A DNA stretch of 64,000 nt, from the NCBI GenBank assembly GCA_001600815.1, contig BCKZ01000003.1, positions 624,581 to 688,580 of the forward strand. The letters are read 5' to 3'. Positions 36,192 to 50,576 of the stretch are shown piece after piece; position 1 is the stretch's first letter; every line of letters starts with the position of its first letter. A program made the position numbers and the translations under genes. This DNA comes from Alloascoidea hylecoeti. Lineage: Eukaryota. The notes beneath the pieces are model-generated. The model was given only the letters and a program-made list of their open reading frames with translations, did no database searches and was not told where the DNA came from.

Positions 36192-36941
36192 TCAATTAAT
36201 AAACGTAGCCTCTGCATGTTCATTGTTTGTTGAAGTAATGGGTGAATTTTGTTGGAAACTATCTGTAGAACCGGTATCTGTTTCAGAATCAGAGTCCCTG
36301 TCCGAAGTAAAGAAACTCCTGTCTTGTGTTAAATAAACCGGCGTATATGGAGAGGTACTATTAATTGAGTACTGGTCTCTGTCACTATTACCAAAAGTCC
36401 TTGGACTAGACCATGTAGGACATGAATAAGAAGTTGTATCAGTTGCCGATCCTGAGGATTCCAGTTGGGGTACATCTTTAGAACCTATTGTCAACACCTC
36501 ACCACCGTCACATAAAGAACAAGTGCTTACTGAATAATTAGATTCTGTTTCGATTCTAGCAGTAGATTGCCATAACATATTATCTTCAATATCCGATTGT
36601 GTAGAGTTTAATTCATCTAATTCCAAAACAGAAAAATTACTTGATGAAATCCCCATACCATGTCCAGATTCTAAACAATTCATTTGTTCATCACTCATTC
36701 CAGAATTTTCCTCATGTTGAGCTGCCTGAGCTTGAGCCAGAGAAGCAACTAACTTTTTCCTCCTTGTCCTTCGTTCACTAAGTCTTTCTGCAAGTTGATA
36801 TGCTTTCCGTTCAATACTATCCTCGATATTTTCTCGACAAGTTGAAAGTAAATCTCTCAAGATCCTATGGTTCCAACATCCAAGTGAAACAACAACAAGT
36901 ACTGCAATCTTAGCATATATAGGAATTACTGTATTCGACAT
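36192..36941 (-). CDS. Hypothetical protein with N-terminal hydrophobic anchor and S/T/D-rich tail
   Basis: 249-aa ORF: IYAKIAVLVVVSLGCW hydrophobic segment, a short helical basic region, then a low-complexity Ser/Thr/acidic tail. Confidence 0.65.
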   Translation of the reverse strand: MSNTVIPIYAKIAVLVVVSLGCWNHRILRDLLSTCRENIEDSIERKAYQLAERLSERRTRRKKLVASLAQAQAAQHEENSGMSDEQMNCLESGHGMGISSSNFSVLELDELNSTQSDIEDNMLWQSTARIETESNYSVSTCSLCDGGEVLTIGSKDVPQLESSGSATDTTSYSCPTWSSPRTFGNSDRDQYSINSTSPYTPVYLTQDRSFFTSDRDSDSETDTGSTDSFQQNSPITSTNNEHAEATFIN

Positions 36942-37587
36942 GTATTAGAAACTTTTACACATGCAAATCAAATAAATCAAAAAAAGTTGGAGGAAAAAAT
37001 TATGGAGAAGAAATCAAATTTTGAATGAAAGGTACAAAATTTACATACGGATGGGCATATTTTGGTGTGTTTATGAAGGTTGGACTTTATTAAGCAATAG
37101 ATAACGTAAAATATTGTTTTACATGAGTAATCATTTCGAGATAATCGACTCATACGTATAATTTCCGAGCAGCACGTGATCAAGTTTGTTGTCAATGGGA
37201 TATAATCCGTTTTGGGAAACTCCCACAAGCCTCGTATCCAAAGACCCATCTTAAGAATGCTTCTAAAATATGGATATGGAATAGTGGACCGTTTCTGAGT
37301 GAGAAGAACGATATATTAAGATAGATCGGAGAGGTCTCAAGACGTTAACGTTTGGGACGGGGATGTCGATGTATTTAGTGGCTGCCCGTGAGCATTATCC
37401 GATATCCCACTCTCGGATACACCAGGTCTATCCTAGATGAAATTCTAAGCCTTCGAAAAAAAATATTTATAACATCTTCACTTAAAACTTTGTATTTATT
37501 CTTTAGTACCAAATTGTACTACAATTACCCATGGAATCTGCTCGGTAAATGCGCTGTGGGAAGCAAAAAGTGATTGTTTGAACTTAT

Positions 37588-37667
37588 TGATTCTTTCTTT
37601 ATCAAGTAATTCTGATTCTTTCTCTATCAAGTAATTCTGATTCTTTCTTTATCAAGTAATTCTGATT
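37588..37667 (+). repeat. 25-bp tandem repeat x3.2
   Basis: TGATTCTTTCT(T/C)TATCAAGTAATTC repeated at 37588, 37613 and 37638. Confidence 0.9.
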
Positions 37668-37802
37668 TGTTGTTTGTATTGTAGTTCTCAGGTATGGGAG
37701 TGTGGTTTTTGTAAGTTGGAGTAATTTCTCTTTCTGCTTGAACTCTAGATAAATAATCAGATAACCTGAATTGTATAAATGATGATTTCCTTATGACCAT
37801 TC

Positions 37803-37966
37803 AAGACTTAATATACACTTCTTTTTTTATAAGGAAAATGATTATCGTTAAAATTGAAAAATTAGTTAGCAGATTTATAAATAAGTCGAGTTTTCTATCT
37901 TCATTAGATGATATCATTTATATTAATAGTATTGAGTGAAATTATATTCATTTGAATTCTGAAATA
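37803..37966 (+). repeat. Dispersed ~170-bp repeat, copy 2
   Basis: Diverged direct copy of 34275-34450. Confidence 0.85.
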
Positions 37967-39459
37967 CCAAACCGACTAAAACTAGTTGTCTCAGCAAACA
38001 CATGGCTTATTAAACTGTCTCTACTGACTCTCTAGTGATTTGTACAGGTTAGAGAACCTGATTTCTATTTTATTTGGTAATGTTCCATTAAGAACTGGTC
38101 GACGTCCTTTACAATTTAATCAATATTTTATGTTTTTCAGAGTGAAACAGTTATGGAAAAACTTCTGTTCACAAATGGTATATGATCCACTTATTTTATT
38201 TTATATTAAACCAGACATGTGTTAACTTATCGTTTACAATTGTGAACCTGAATATTAAAATTCGGTCAAATATTGATGTAGATGCTTTTATATATTAATA
38301 GTTATTTGTTAACTGAGTTGGCGTTACATTTTATGGATTTTCTGGGGAACTTGCTGTTTAATTGTATCAAACTATATTAAATTCCACCCGTTATATCGTA
38401 TCAAATAATTGTACTCACTGTGATATATAATATCAATTTATAAGATTGTATGATAATAACGTCCAAGATCATTATATATCCGGTGGATATTATATTTATA
38501 TAATTTTTTTTGGGTGATCTTTATGATTATATATTGGGGTTTTTGACTCCTGAGTATCACAATTGCAATGTTCTTGATTCACTTGCAGTTACGTATATTT
38601 GTACATTATGAGATATGTGTCTTATGTTAGAATCAGTTAGATATATCTGGTTAGGACAATTATGCCAATACCTACGAGTACTTAGAAACTATAGGTTACA
38701 ACACCAAGTTAGTTGTGATCTGTACTTATAAACTTTCAAATGTGAAAATTTAGATATGTACTATAATCTTTATATATTGCTGGTGCAGTGGTGATTCAGT
38801 GGTGAATTGTAGAGAACAATATTTTCTTAAGAGGAATGGAGTCAATGGACCCCAGAGCTGGGTTAAGCTTATAATTAAAATATATAATCCATCTTAGACC
38901 ACATGCCAGAAGTGTAAACGTATACCAATATATAATTATAAATAAATATATGGAAGAAAGTCCGAATCATTGGAAACAGTTGCGATTTCGAAGTCCAGGT
39001 TTTAATTGTCATAAGACCTGTAACAGTCTGCACAACTCAACAGTGAACAGTTCGTCTTATAATTCAATATATTTGGTAATTCACCTATATTTAAAGTTTT
39101 GAATTTAAATCTCCAATCAAAATAATAAAAGATCCAATGTTGAATTGAAATTGAAATTGCAACAGCATGTTTGCATAGAATAATAATCATGTTTGCATAT
39201 AAATAATAATTCTTTGAAGATCTAGAAAAATCTCCTGGCCAGCTAGGATCGTATGGCCCAGCTCGAATTATTAATGTTATATTTAACTATAGTGGAGTGT
39301 GTTGACTATATCGTAATTTGTTTTGCTTAACGCTATATATATTGTCTCCGACCCTTTAATCTCTTTAAAATTTAACTTGAAAAGACTATATATATTAATT
39401 GTATATTTCAACTTTCCAACCTTTGATTCACGCCAAAAATATTTCGTCTATTTACATTG

Positions 39460-40834
39460 ATGTCTAGTATTTACAGGTACAACACATTAAGGAGAGGCCC
39501 TTTAACCGTGACTTATGAGAACATCCCCGCTTCTTTCTTTACATCCAGTAGAGAATCATTAGTGTCGACCCCACCTCCTACTCCTGCCGAGTGCGATGAG
39601 CCTATTGTCAGATATCTTTCAAAGCCTGTCAAAAAATTCCAGAAGAGTGCTCAAAAGAAACCCAAACCTAACATCACAAATCAAATTTTACCATGTTTCC
39701 TGAAGACTGATGTAAGTGGTTATAATGATACTAACCTTTTTTAAATGTTTCTATATCATATAGGAGCTTTCAAATAACAGTCTAACATATATATTTAATT
39801 ACTTTCTAGAGTGACTCGGAAAGAAAAGTTTTGATGAATGAGCTAACTAATGGTTGCTGTTCTTGTCCTGTCTGTCTTGAATTGATGTATGCACCTTTCA
39901 CTACCCCTTGCGGTCATACATTTTGCTATGAAGTACGTTAAAAATACTCTTACTCCGATTTCCTCCAAATATATGCCTATCTAACTGTTTTATTAGTGTA
40001 TTCTAGATTGGTTAAAAAGACACAACTTCTGTCCTACATGTAGAACGGATATAAAGGTTCCCCCAATCTTAAACACGGCTGTAAGTATATATTATTTGAG
40101 TTTAGATCAGGTTCCTTAATTAACCGATTTAATGATAGATTCAAGAAATCGTCAATGCCTACTTCGAGGCCACCTTAATGAACAAAGACAATTCTTTAAT
40201 ATCAAATTCTGGTAATCTCATAAATTCAAACCCATTGACCTTATCGAAATTAGTATTAGATAGGAAATCCTTATTGTCACTTTATGAAAAACACAAAGCT
40301 GAAAACAGATTATTTCTAGATATTTTCAGATCAGATATTCCTAAACCGTATGTAGGTGAGAGTGGAGAAAAGTTTTGCTCAAACTGTCACCATATTATTT
40401 CCGAAGGATTTTGTGACTATTGTGGATATTCTGTGCCAATTGCCGAAGAAGAATTTGAGGAGTTCCCAGTTACTGATGGTGTCAATACTAATAAAATTGA
40501 TAATGACTCTATTTTATCTTTTATCACATATAACAATGATCAAAATGCAAGTCAAACTTTTTTTCTCAACCAACCAGCCATGGCCCAAAGCTGGACTTCC
40601 TTACCATTAGATTCGCCTATAATTCAAACAGAAGAAACTTCTTGGAAAGACTCACTTACCAGCACCAGCTCTTCATCCAAAACACTTGTATCAAAATCCA
40701 TTAGGAGACAACAGTCTATGGAGTTCCAAAACTATAGATCCCATAGGAACCGAGAACGTCATCATCATCACTCACAAAGAAATATCGGTAATCAAATTCC
40801 AGAGACAGATCAAGTTGCTTATCGATTTAGATAA
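39460..40834 (+). CDS. C3HC4 RING E3 ligase with downstream C4 zinc ribbon (Psh1-like), 4 exons, ~384 aa
   Basis: Exons 39460-39711, 39810-39932, 39997-40080 and 40139-40834, all phase 0 and GT..AG. The spliced product gives CPVCLELMYAPFTTPCGHTFCYECILDWLKRHNFCPTCR, followed by FCSNCHHIISEGFCDYCG. Confidence 0.85.
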
Positions 40835-42839
40835 ACTGATCATTTTGATTTTACGATTGATTACAAAATATTAGATATTGCTGCAGTTGGTATGTCTAAT
40901 TTCAATCCAATAACAAACTATTATTATTACTCCTAATTATAAACCAGGTTTTCTATTATAAGCTTATTGTGAAGAAACATTTACTTTATACGTGTAAGGT
41001 TTTACATGTCTTTTTTCTTTTTCTTTTTCTTTTTCTTCTTAAGCTTCAAATTCTTTGTTCTTGTTAATTATCTATATTAACATTTTATCACGTCATTTTT
41101 TATCCGTACCCCTACTATTAGTTATATTATTTTTACATTTGTAATTGACATATTTTCTTTGCAATTGGTTATTAAATTTCTTCTTTTCATTTGATTGGGA
41201 TTTTATTTTATATATTTTAATTTTGTAATCATGAAAAAAACTATAAATGTATAAGCAAATTTTATAGGCATGTTACTACTCAGAGTTTAGTGATCATGAT
41301 GTTATATAAACTGGGAATATGATTTTGATGAGTTCTAATTGACAATATACATGTATATGTATGGACAGTATAGACCTATATCTATATATACATTGTATAA
41401 CTATAGTTATTAATAGGTAGATATGGCATATAGCCTATATACTATAACTTATAGCATATAATCATAGTTTTTTTTTTGTGCATTATCATATAATACGATA
41501 TATAGAGTATTATAAACTCTATTATAAAAGCAAATTTAATTGAAAGTTTTAAAATTAATATTCATAAATACATAATTATAAAATTTGCAATATACATTCA
41601 AAATGGGTCATAAATCCTCATAATATAGTAATAAATATAATATACTAATAACTGCATTTAAGATCTCTTGAATACTTTTTATACATGGTTATAATTATAA
41701 TGGATTGATTTCAATATCGATATAATAGGAGAGCATATAATTCATGATGTTGCAAGTTAGTATATATATACACTAATATATTTAATCAACATCAGCTCGA
41801 AGCTTCAGTGATCTGGCCGCCAATATCTATATATGGTTAATTGTACAAAGTTGTTAGAAAAACTATTGGATCTTTATATACAGTATACCTCTAGCACTAA
41901 CGACCGCTTTGGCCATTCATTCCACGGGTACCATATACCTTTGCAAAATCTAACACCCAGGGAGTGATTACACTGATTATGTGATGTTACTGTTGCAATT
42001 GCCACGTATTGAGGATTGTAATTATATTAACTTACATTTAATGTTTGATCATGATTTTCTGATATTTAGAAGGTTGCATATGCAAAAAGCATTACGTTTT
42101 TTATTATTATAATTTATGCAAAATGGTTACGACACAATTGCAGCCACCAGCCATGATAAGCGCTAGCTTATAAGTGATGCACTCTCTTGAAGGCTACTAT
42201 TTATATAAAAATGTTTAATATTCCAATTACAACAGTCAATAAGCCAAGTTGGGTGTACGTATTCAAATCACTCAATTTCCGCCATCCTTGAGCTAAATAT
42301 TTGGTTAAACCGATTGCTAAGTTTCAGCTACACCTTAACTAATCATGTACTCTAAGATTTTATAATAATTTACAGCCTAGCTCTAGTACCTGATAATTCA
42401 TCGATTCAGTTAAAACCAAAGGAGATAGGAGGATTATATTAAGTTACGCGTATATACCTGTAACATCAGAGAAAGTGTGACCGAAAGTTAGTAGTGGTGA
42501 CCGACAGAAGATACGTAAAATGACTGTATAACAGCCTAAAACTATACATGTATATAACTAGTTATAACTTATAACTTACAGTAAACGTCACGATCGTTTA
42601 TATAATTGTAACGAAAATGATTAAGATCACGGTGGACCCATCAAAAGAAACTCGGCTCCATAAATTGAAAGAAACCCTGATATTCTACCAATGTTGTTAA
42701 ATAACGTCCTGTTCTATTGTAACTGAAGATATCAAGAAGAATTTTTTTCGAAATCAAAATGACGACAATATTATACCTATAAATTACAGCGGATTGATTG
42801 CGAAGCTTTGAAACCATTCGTAATAATTAAGTAAATATA

Positions 42840-43535
42840 TGGTTTGCTCAAAATTGTTAGGTCCAACATCAATTGTCAAGCTCAAGATTGAAACTGAAAC
42901 GAAATTCACACTTCAAGCTTAAGTTTTACCATGTTAAACTTTGCTTAGAATCAAACATAAATTTGATACATGTTTATAACTATATTGGTCTTTGGATATT
43001 CTGAGAATTAAACTTGCATTGTTCTACGGATCCAATTAGAAATTAAATTGAGAGATTCTTTCTCGAACTCTTTGAGATGAAATTTGGTAAACCCATTCTA
43101 ATACTATATATCAGTTTATTAATTTTTGAATAATTATACTGTCTAATAATTATACAATCATCCAAACAATTGCGAAGTTTCTGAATGTGTAAGCTTACAT
43201 TATACCGGGTAGTGCAAACAATATTAACCGATATGACACCTTTAATAGTTATTCGCTGTAACATTCCCTAGTTCTAGGCATGTATTTTGAATTGGATTTA
43301 AATGAGGCCTCACGAACAAGATTCCATTTTTCTTTACATTCAAAAAATTGATTTGATGAAAAGGAGTGTACTCCTCTATACCATCCATAGATGTAGGTTT
43401 AAAAAGGAGGTTCAAGATGCATATTTTTAGGTAGAATTCTCTCTCAATTTTGGAAGGAGTTATCGCAAGATGTTATACAATACGCCAAGCTGAATGAAGG
43501 CGGTAGCAGAGGCTGATGGTCTAACTATAAAATAT
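42840..43535 (+). mobile_element. Second, more decayed Tc1/mariner transposase relic
   Basis: Collinear traces: ETETKFTL (cf. SDETKFNL), TILVFGY (cf. SVMVWGC), LKRR, FWKELSQDVI, and C-terminal TPS*MKAVAEADGLTIKY (cf. MP.R.KAVI.A.G..TKY). Confidence 0.45.
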
Positions 43536-45033
43536 TTACGGCACTTGAGCACTTGCAGTTTAGCATATTTCGCTTACTCCATTGAAAGACAAACAATGTG
43601 TATTTACTGTTGTGGTTGACCCTATTCTAATTCTATCATAGTATTCTTACTCTTCTATATTCTCTTCAGGTATCATGGAAGACTTTATAATATAAGCTTG
43701 AAACCTAATTAATATAATTATTGAAAAATAAAATGAACTTTAAATTTTAGATCTATTAATATTTCTTTATAAACCTATAGGTTACATGGAATTATGATTA
43801 TTATTCTGAGCTATACTTAGTTCTAGCTCAATTCAATCCTTGAATTTGCTTCTTGTCAGATTTCTATTATAGTTATATTAGCTATAAAAAGCCTTTAATT
43901 AGTTACAACTTTCAATAAGGTTTCCGAGATGTATGGACTGATTCATATATATGCATCTAATACTTACACACAATATTGTTGTGAACAATCATATATGTAA
44001 AATAATCGTAGTACATTCAGAATCTCTGAAATTTGAAGCGATATATTAATTATTAAGCTTAAGTAAGGCTGACATAGATTATATATTGTGATTGCTAACT
44101 ATTCAAGAAAACAATGAAAGCAATGATGATGGATCGATTTTTAATTCTATATTTAACTTGTTGGGTAAAGTTTATATATATTTATCAAATGTTTGATCAA
44201 TAATGAATAGTTCAAAATATGAAATGTAGAGAAGATCTCAATCACTATTATTCAACTTAATGTAATTATATAATTACCTTCAATAACAAAAAAATAGAAA
44301 TGTCGCAAATTTAAAGCGATGTCAAGCCTAGCGATCATGCGACGAGGCCCTACATTTCAGACGTTAATTATATAAACATTCCAATCCATAATGTTATACA
44401 ATACTATTGGTACTTACTACTTACTGCTTAGGAAATGAATACCTATTGTACTTGAGGTTCTATTTGTATGATCGTGATTGTGAAGGTCCAGAAAGCAACT
44501 AAATCTATTTTTCTTCATAATTGGCGATGGTAATGTGACCAACGTGTCCTCTATTACACAAATCTAATAATATTCTTGTTGAATACAAGACAAGGATTCT
44601 ACGTTTTGATATCAGTTTTTCAACAATTAAGAACGATTAGGTACTATAAAACTCAAGTAAAAATATGTATGAAATTAAGACAGTTGCAATGGAACGGAAC
44701 AATAGTAATTTTAGATAATAGTTTGTTTTGCAGTATTACACTCCATTACCAAAAAAAAAAAAAAAAGACTATAAGTAAGTTTAACAATGACAAAACACAA
44801 TTAATTATGTAAGAATCATCTATAGATCTTTTGAGGTGTTTTTCTTTATCAATAATAATATATCCGTCACTTTTTTCATATTACCTGTTGAATTCCAAAA
44901 GGTACAGAATATCAGATTATATCACAAATTCCATTACGCTTCCATTAATTGTCAATTAACAAAAATAAAAACAGTATTATAAAAGATGAAGCTTTAATCG
45001 TAGTAAATAGAAATCAACAAAATTATGAATAAC

Positions 45034-45689
45034 TTATAAAATGATACACTTCTTCTTCTTTTTGCTTTGTTTCTTCTCTTTACCTGAAAGTGCAGCTCTT
45101 GTAGCTTGTTCAAAAACTTCACGAACACCTTCACCAGTTTTTGCAGAACATTCCAAGTATTTAATAGCACCAATTTTATCGGCAACAGCTTGACCATCGG
45201 CAGATGAGACTGGGGTTTGAGATGTCTTTCTTAATTCTTCGATAGTTGCTGGGTCATTTCGAAGGTCACTCTTGCAACCAACCAATATGATAGGAACAGA
45301 TTGACAAAAATGTAGGACTTCACTAATCCACTTTTCTTGAACATTATCCAACGAGTCGGGTAGGTCGACGGCGAAACAAATAAGAATAACATTAGAATCT
45401 GGGTAACTTAGGGGTCTCAATCTATCATAATCTTCTTGACCAGCAGTATCCCAAAGGGCAAGTTCGACACGTCTTTCATCAACTTCAACATCGGCGACAT
45501 AATTTTCGAACACTGTAGGAACGTAAACTTCTGGGAAAGTACCCTTAGAAAAAACACTAAAAACGTAGTTAGTAGATGCGACCAGAAGTTAGTGTGAAAA
45601 AAAACTTACATTAAAAGACATGTTTTACCACATGCACCGTCACCGACAATGACGAGCTTTCTGCGAAGATCTGAAGGAGCAGCAGGCAT
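45034..45689 (-). CDS. RHO1: Rho1 small GTPase (200 aa), 2 coding exons
   Basis: Exons 45689-45610 and 45556-45034. [50 protein letters not shown], polybasic tail plus CAAX box CIIL. Confidence 0.97.
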
Positions 45690-46001
45690 CTGTAAAATCG
45701 GATTTTCAGAAATTAGTAAAAAAGCAAAGAAGAAGGGAAGGAATGGTGTGAGAAATGTGTTTATATATGGGAATCAGGGAGGCGCATTCAAAATTTTACG
45801 CAACCCCAAACGGTAACAAATTAAAAAAAACACCCAGAATTTCCAAAATGAGCCAAAAAAGAGGAAATGACTGATGAACCTGAATGTCGCGAGGATTTCT
45901 GGCAGAATCGAAGAACTTACCTTGATTTTAATGTGTACCTTTAGTTTTTTTTGGGCGGAGGAGGCGGCTGCTCACTTTGTTTGGCTTCAGAATGTCCGAG
46001 G

Positions 46002-46009
46002 CCGGGTAA
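46002..46009 (-). promoter_or_regulatory. Reb1-like site (TTACCCGG) in the compact RHO1/RIB4 divergent promoter
   Basis: CCGGGTAA at 46002. The identical motif also occurs just upstream of the NAB3-like gene (52841) and, as TTACCCGG, near 62856. Confidence 0.5.
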
Positions 46010-46106
46010 CAGAGTAAGCCTACACCCACACGCCCGGCTGGTATCCAGTCCAGACCAAAATTAAATCAAGTTTAAACCTTCTTCTTCTTCTGGATCTATT
46101 GTCAAA

Positions 46107-46844
<738 letters not shown>

Positions 46845-48151
46845 TATATGGACGCTTTACTATTACCACGGACGTTTTACTCAATGTCAACCATAAGGAC
46901 GATATAACTTTAGATAAATAGTTAAAATAAAATAATTTATATGCTTATCATTGAATGATCTAAGGGAAAAGTCATTATAGTATATGTGTTAAGACCTATT
47001 TTACGTTGGTTGTACCCATTGCAATTGATCTCTAAATACATAGCTATATTGGCATTGTGTTCAGACTTTCAATTGTTGGGGGCCGAGTTTTAGTAAGCTT
47101 ATAATTACGTGCCTGAAACCTCATGGCCTGGCTATATATAGCCACTGTTATTAGCCAGTCATTGCAATATTAATCTGATACACGCCTTTCGGAAATTAAA
47201 ACCAATTGCAAACAAAATGGTAGTCTCACACAACATTGACAATTTGACAACAAGAAAATGTAATGATTTGACAAAAAGATGCATTTCATTATATTTACGG
47301 AAAACCAGTAACATTATAATTATGTATACCGTTAAATTTGAAAGCATACCTCATTAGATAATTAGGCTAATTCTATTAATATAACATTTTATATCTAGGT
47401 ATAAGATCTTTTCTTATACATGTTGAGGTATATAGTTCCAAAAGCCTACCGCAGCTATGTAGTAATTTTCTGGAGATTTTTATCTTATTTACCTTAATTA
47501 TAACTTTAATCGATGGATCCAGGCCCAGATCAAGGGAGTTTTACCGGTCATTTGAACTCTCAATGTCTCTCATCAGAAAATTTTTGTTGCAATTGATGAT
47601 TTGAGTCTTTTTAAGTTTCTTTAATTTTATAATTGATCAGCAATTTATAAATACGGTCCGGCTGAAGAAATTACATTGCAATCGGAGTTAGAAAGGTGAC
47701 AAATGAACAATTGTCATTATTTCTACTAGTAAAAGTTAATTAATTTGATAGTATAAACTTATGAAGTAATTATTGTAACTTACAACCTCACTGAATTACA
47801 ATAAAAATATACCCCCCAAAATACAAAAATATTAATGGAATTAGAACATCCTTCAAAAACTGGAAACAAGGAGAAAAGTTCCGAACTAAAAATACTAGGC
47901 ATGCAATTATTTTACTTATCTTGAGGAACTAAAACTAGAAAATAATATATTATGGTGAAGTATATTGAAAGATGGTTTCATTCCTATAGCCTATACAGTC
48001 ATTCCACTTAATTCCGGCCATTTTTAAATTAAACAATCGCCCATGTGAGGACTAAATATACAATAATAGTACAGTATGATATTTCAACACCCAATCATAC
48101 ACTGATAGCCGATTGCAATTGCAAATTAGTTTTAAAGCAATTGCAATTGCA

Positions 48152-50213
48152 ATGTCTGCTCCAGCTCCGGAAAGAAATTCGACCCCAAAAACGATGACAG
48201 CACGCGTGGAACCGCGACCGCAAAAACAGAGCACGAACACGGCTTGTCCTGACGAATCCCCATCAATCGATTCAGTTTCGATTCAATTACAACCGGACAA
48301 ACACGAATCTTTGGGTATAATTACTTCTTCCAGTTCAAAATTGCCACCGACCACCGCCTACGATTCGTAAGTTTTTATCCGTATATACCGGAGCGAAGTA
48401 TCCGGGTTACATAGTACCAGTGCTAGAGTTAATACGATTACAATTGTTTTTTAGTGAGCCTTGTTTCCTTCCTTCAATTATGAATGGGGAATCATCAGAT
48501 TTGAAAGGAATCTTAGAACAGTTCGATCCACTGACCATTGGAGAATCTCCTATTCTAACTGGTACTCCCAAAACTACTGGTGTTACCACTACTCCTATAG
48601 CTACGAGCAATAATGGTTCAAACGAAAACAACCTGATTACATTCGACGATGACCGATCTCCAGGTAGCACACAGAGCTTGAACAAAGAAACAACCCCCAA
48701 ACCATCCTCGGATACTGTGCTTCATGCTAATGTGGAATCTTCTTCCATAGGCATTAATGAGAACACTAATGCCCGCAAACTTTCGACTCACAAATCATCT
48801 CAAGATGAGAAAGAATCAATCCGAGAGGAATTTAAGAAAAAAAATCAAAAATCCGCTGATACTCCTACTCCTTTTGATTTCCAGAGATTTTTAGATCAAA
48901 TCAAACATCGAAGTGCCGAACCAATAGCACAGTATTTAAGAAGTTTTTTAAAAGAATTTAGTAAACGTGTATGGACTACAACAGAACAAGTTAAAATAAT
49001 ATCAGATTTTCAAGATTTTATAGCGTCTAAAATGCAAAATTTCCCTCCTTTTTCCTCTATGGATGAACATGATTTTGATAATGCTTTGGAAGGAATGGAG
49101 AAACTAATAATGAATAGGTTGTACAACAAGACTTTCTCTCCTGAAATACCCTTGAAAAGGAGAGATGATAGTCACGAAGAAGATGTCATTAGAGATTCTA
49201 TCTTGGAGGAAAAATTAAAAATTTGGCGATGGGTAGAAGGCCGACATTTGGATTTACCTGCTTCTTTTCTTCAAAATGGTGATGCCTTTGTTAGGCTTGC
49301 CAGTGAAGAATTATTAAAGATAAACAATTTTAGAGCCCCAAGAGATAAAGTGATTTGTATGCTCAATTGTTGTAAAGTTATATTTGGCTTACTACGGCAA
49401 TCTAAGACGGAAGAAAATGCTGATGCCTTTTTACCCATACTTATTTATATCGTTTTGAAAGCTCAACCAAAGAATCTAGTCTCAAATATAAACTACATTC
49501 AGAGGTTTAGAAGTCAGGATAGATTATCTGGAGAGGTAGGTTATTATTTATCTTCAATTCAAGGCGCTGTTGGATTTATAGAAAACATAGATCGGTCATG
49601 CTTAAGTATAACAGATGAAGAATTCGAAAAAAATTTAGAAGAATCTGTACGACTATTAGCAAAAGAGCGCCAAGAAGATGAAGCTGAGTTAGAGAGAAAG
49701 AAACAGCAATCAAAGAAAGTATTATCTCCAAAACCTATTCACAAAAAGGATCAATCACCAGGTATAAACGAATCAAGGACTCCTTCTACTCTCATTCCAG
49801 GCAGTCCTCACTCTCGTTCTGCATCAGGATCATTAACTCCGTCATCGGTACTCGCAAATTCTGCGGGGTTATTAGCTGGTCCATTAAAATCAATTACAAC
49901 CTTATTTCAATTGGATTCAGATACCGAAGAAGGAGCTTCATCTCGATCAAATATGCGATCTCCAAAGCCAGCACCTTCACCCCTTCAAGATAATAAACCT
50001 AACACTTTATCAATAGAAGAGGCTGCTGCTAGACAAGCATCCGCAGAGGAATTCCAGGCTAGAAAACTACAACAACAGGAACACAATACTATTGTTGAAA
50101 CACTCCATCAGATGTTCCCTGCTCTAGATAAAGAAGTTGTTGGAGATGTTGTGAGAATGAAAGAAGGTAGAGTTGGTGCCTGTGTTGATGCATGCCTAGC
50201 ACTAGTTCAGTAG
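48152..50213 (+). CDS. VPS9: Vps9 Rab5 GEF with C-terminal CUE domain
   Basis: FDFQRFLDQIK, EGMEKLIMNRLY, APRDKVICMLNCCKVIFGLL, NADAFLPILIY, GEVGYYLSS; CUE motif LHQMFPALDKEVV...CVDACL. Probable exon 1 at 48152-48366 splices in frame to 48455; alternatively the gene starts at ATG 48480. Confidence 0.92.
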
Positions 50214-50576
50214 TTATTTTGATTACCATTAAATTCATATTATGGGTTCTAACACACGAGAAACGTCTCTTTTTAATATTATATATCTTTGTAATATTAT
50301 TTTATTAATTACCACGTGAGATTATTATGGCATAGTAAGACTAAATATCATATCAATTTATTTGTTAACCTATTATAGTTATAATTACGGATTTGCAATA
50401 TTGAAAACAAACGCATATAATACAAGAATCATATCTAAACTTACTAAAAAATATTTTTTTTTGGATTATAATTAGAAAGGTATAATAGTTTACCACATTT
50501 ATCTAGTTACAACAGTACAAACGAATCGGAAATACTTGGAAATTTCTAATATTAATCAAAAATAACAATATTGGAA

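Noticed and set aside
37588..37667. 25-bp repeats as a CRISPR-like array
   Set aside because: The units are directly adjacent with no spacers and the context is eukaryotic; this is a simple minisatellite.
28400..43500. C-to-T-type stop codons in the relics, suggesting RIP
   Set aside because: Only about three inferred changes, in different dinucleotide contexts. General AT-biased mutation explains them.
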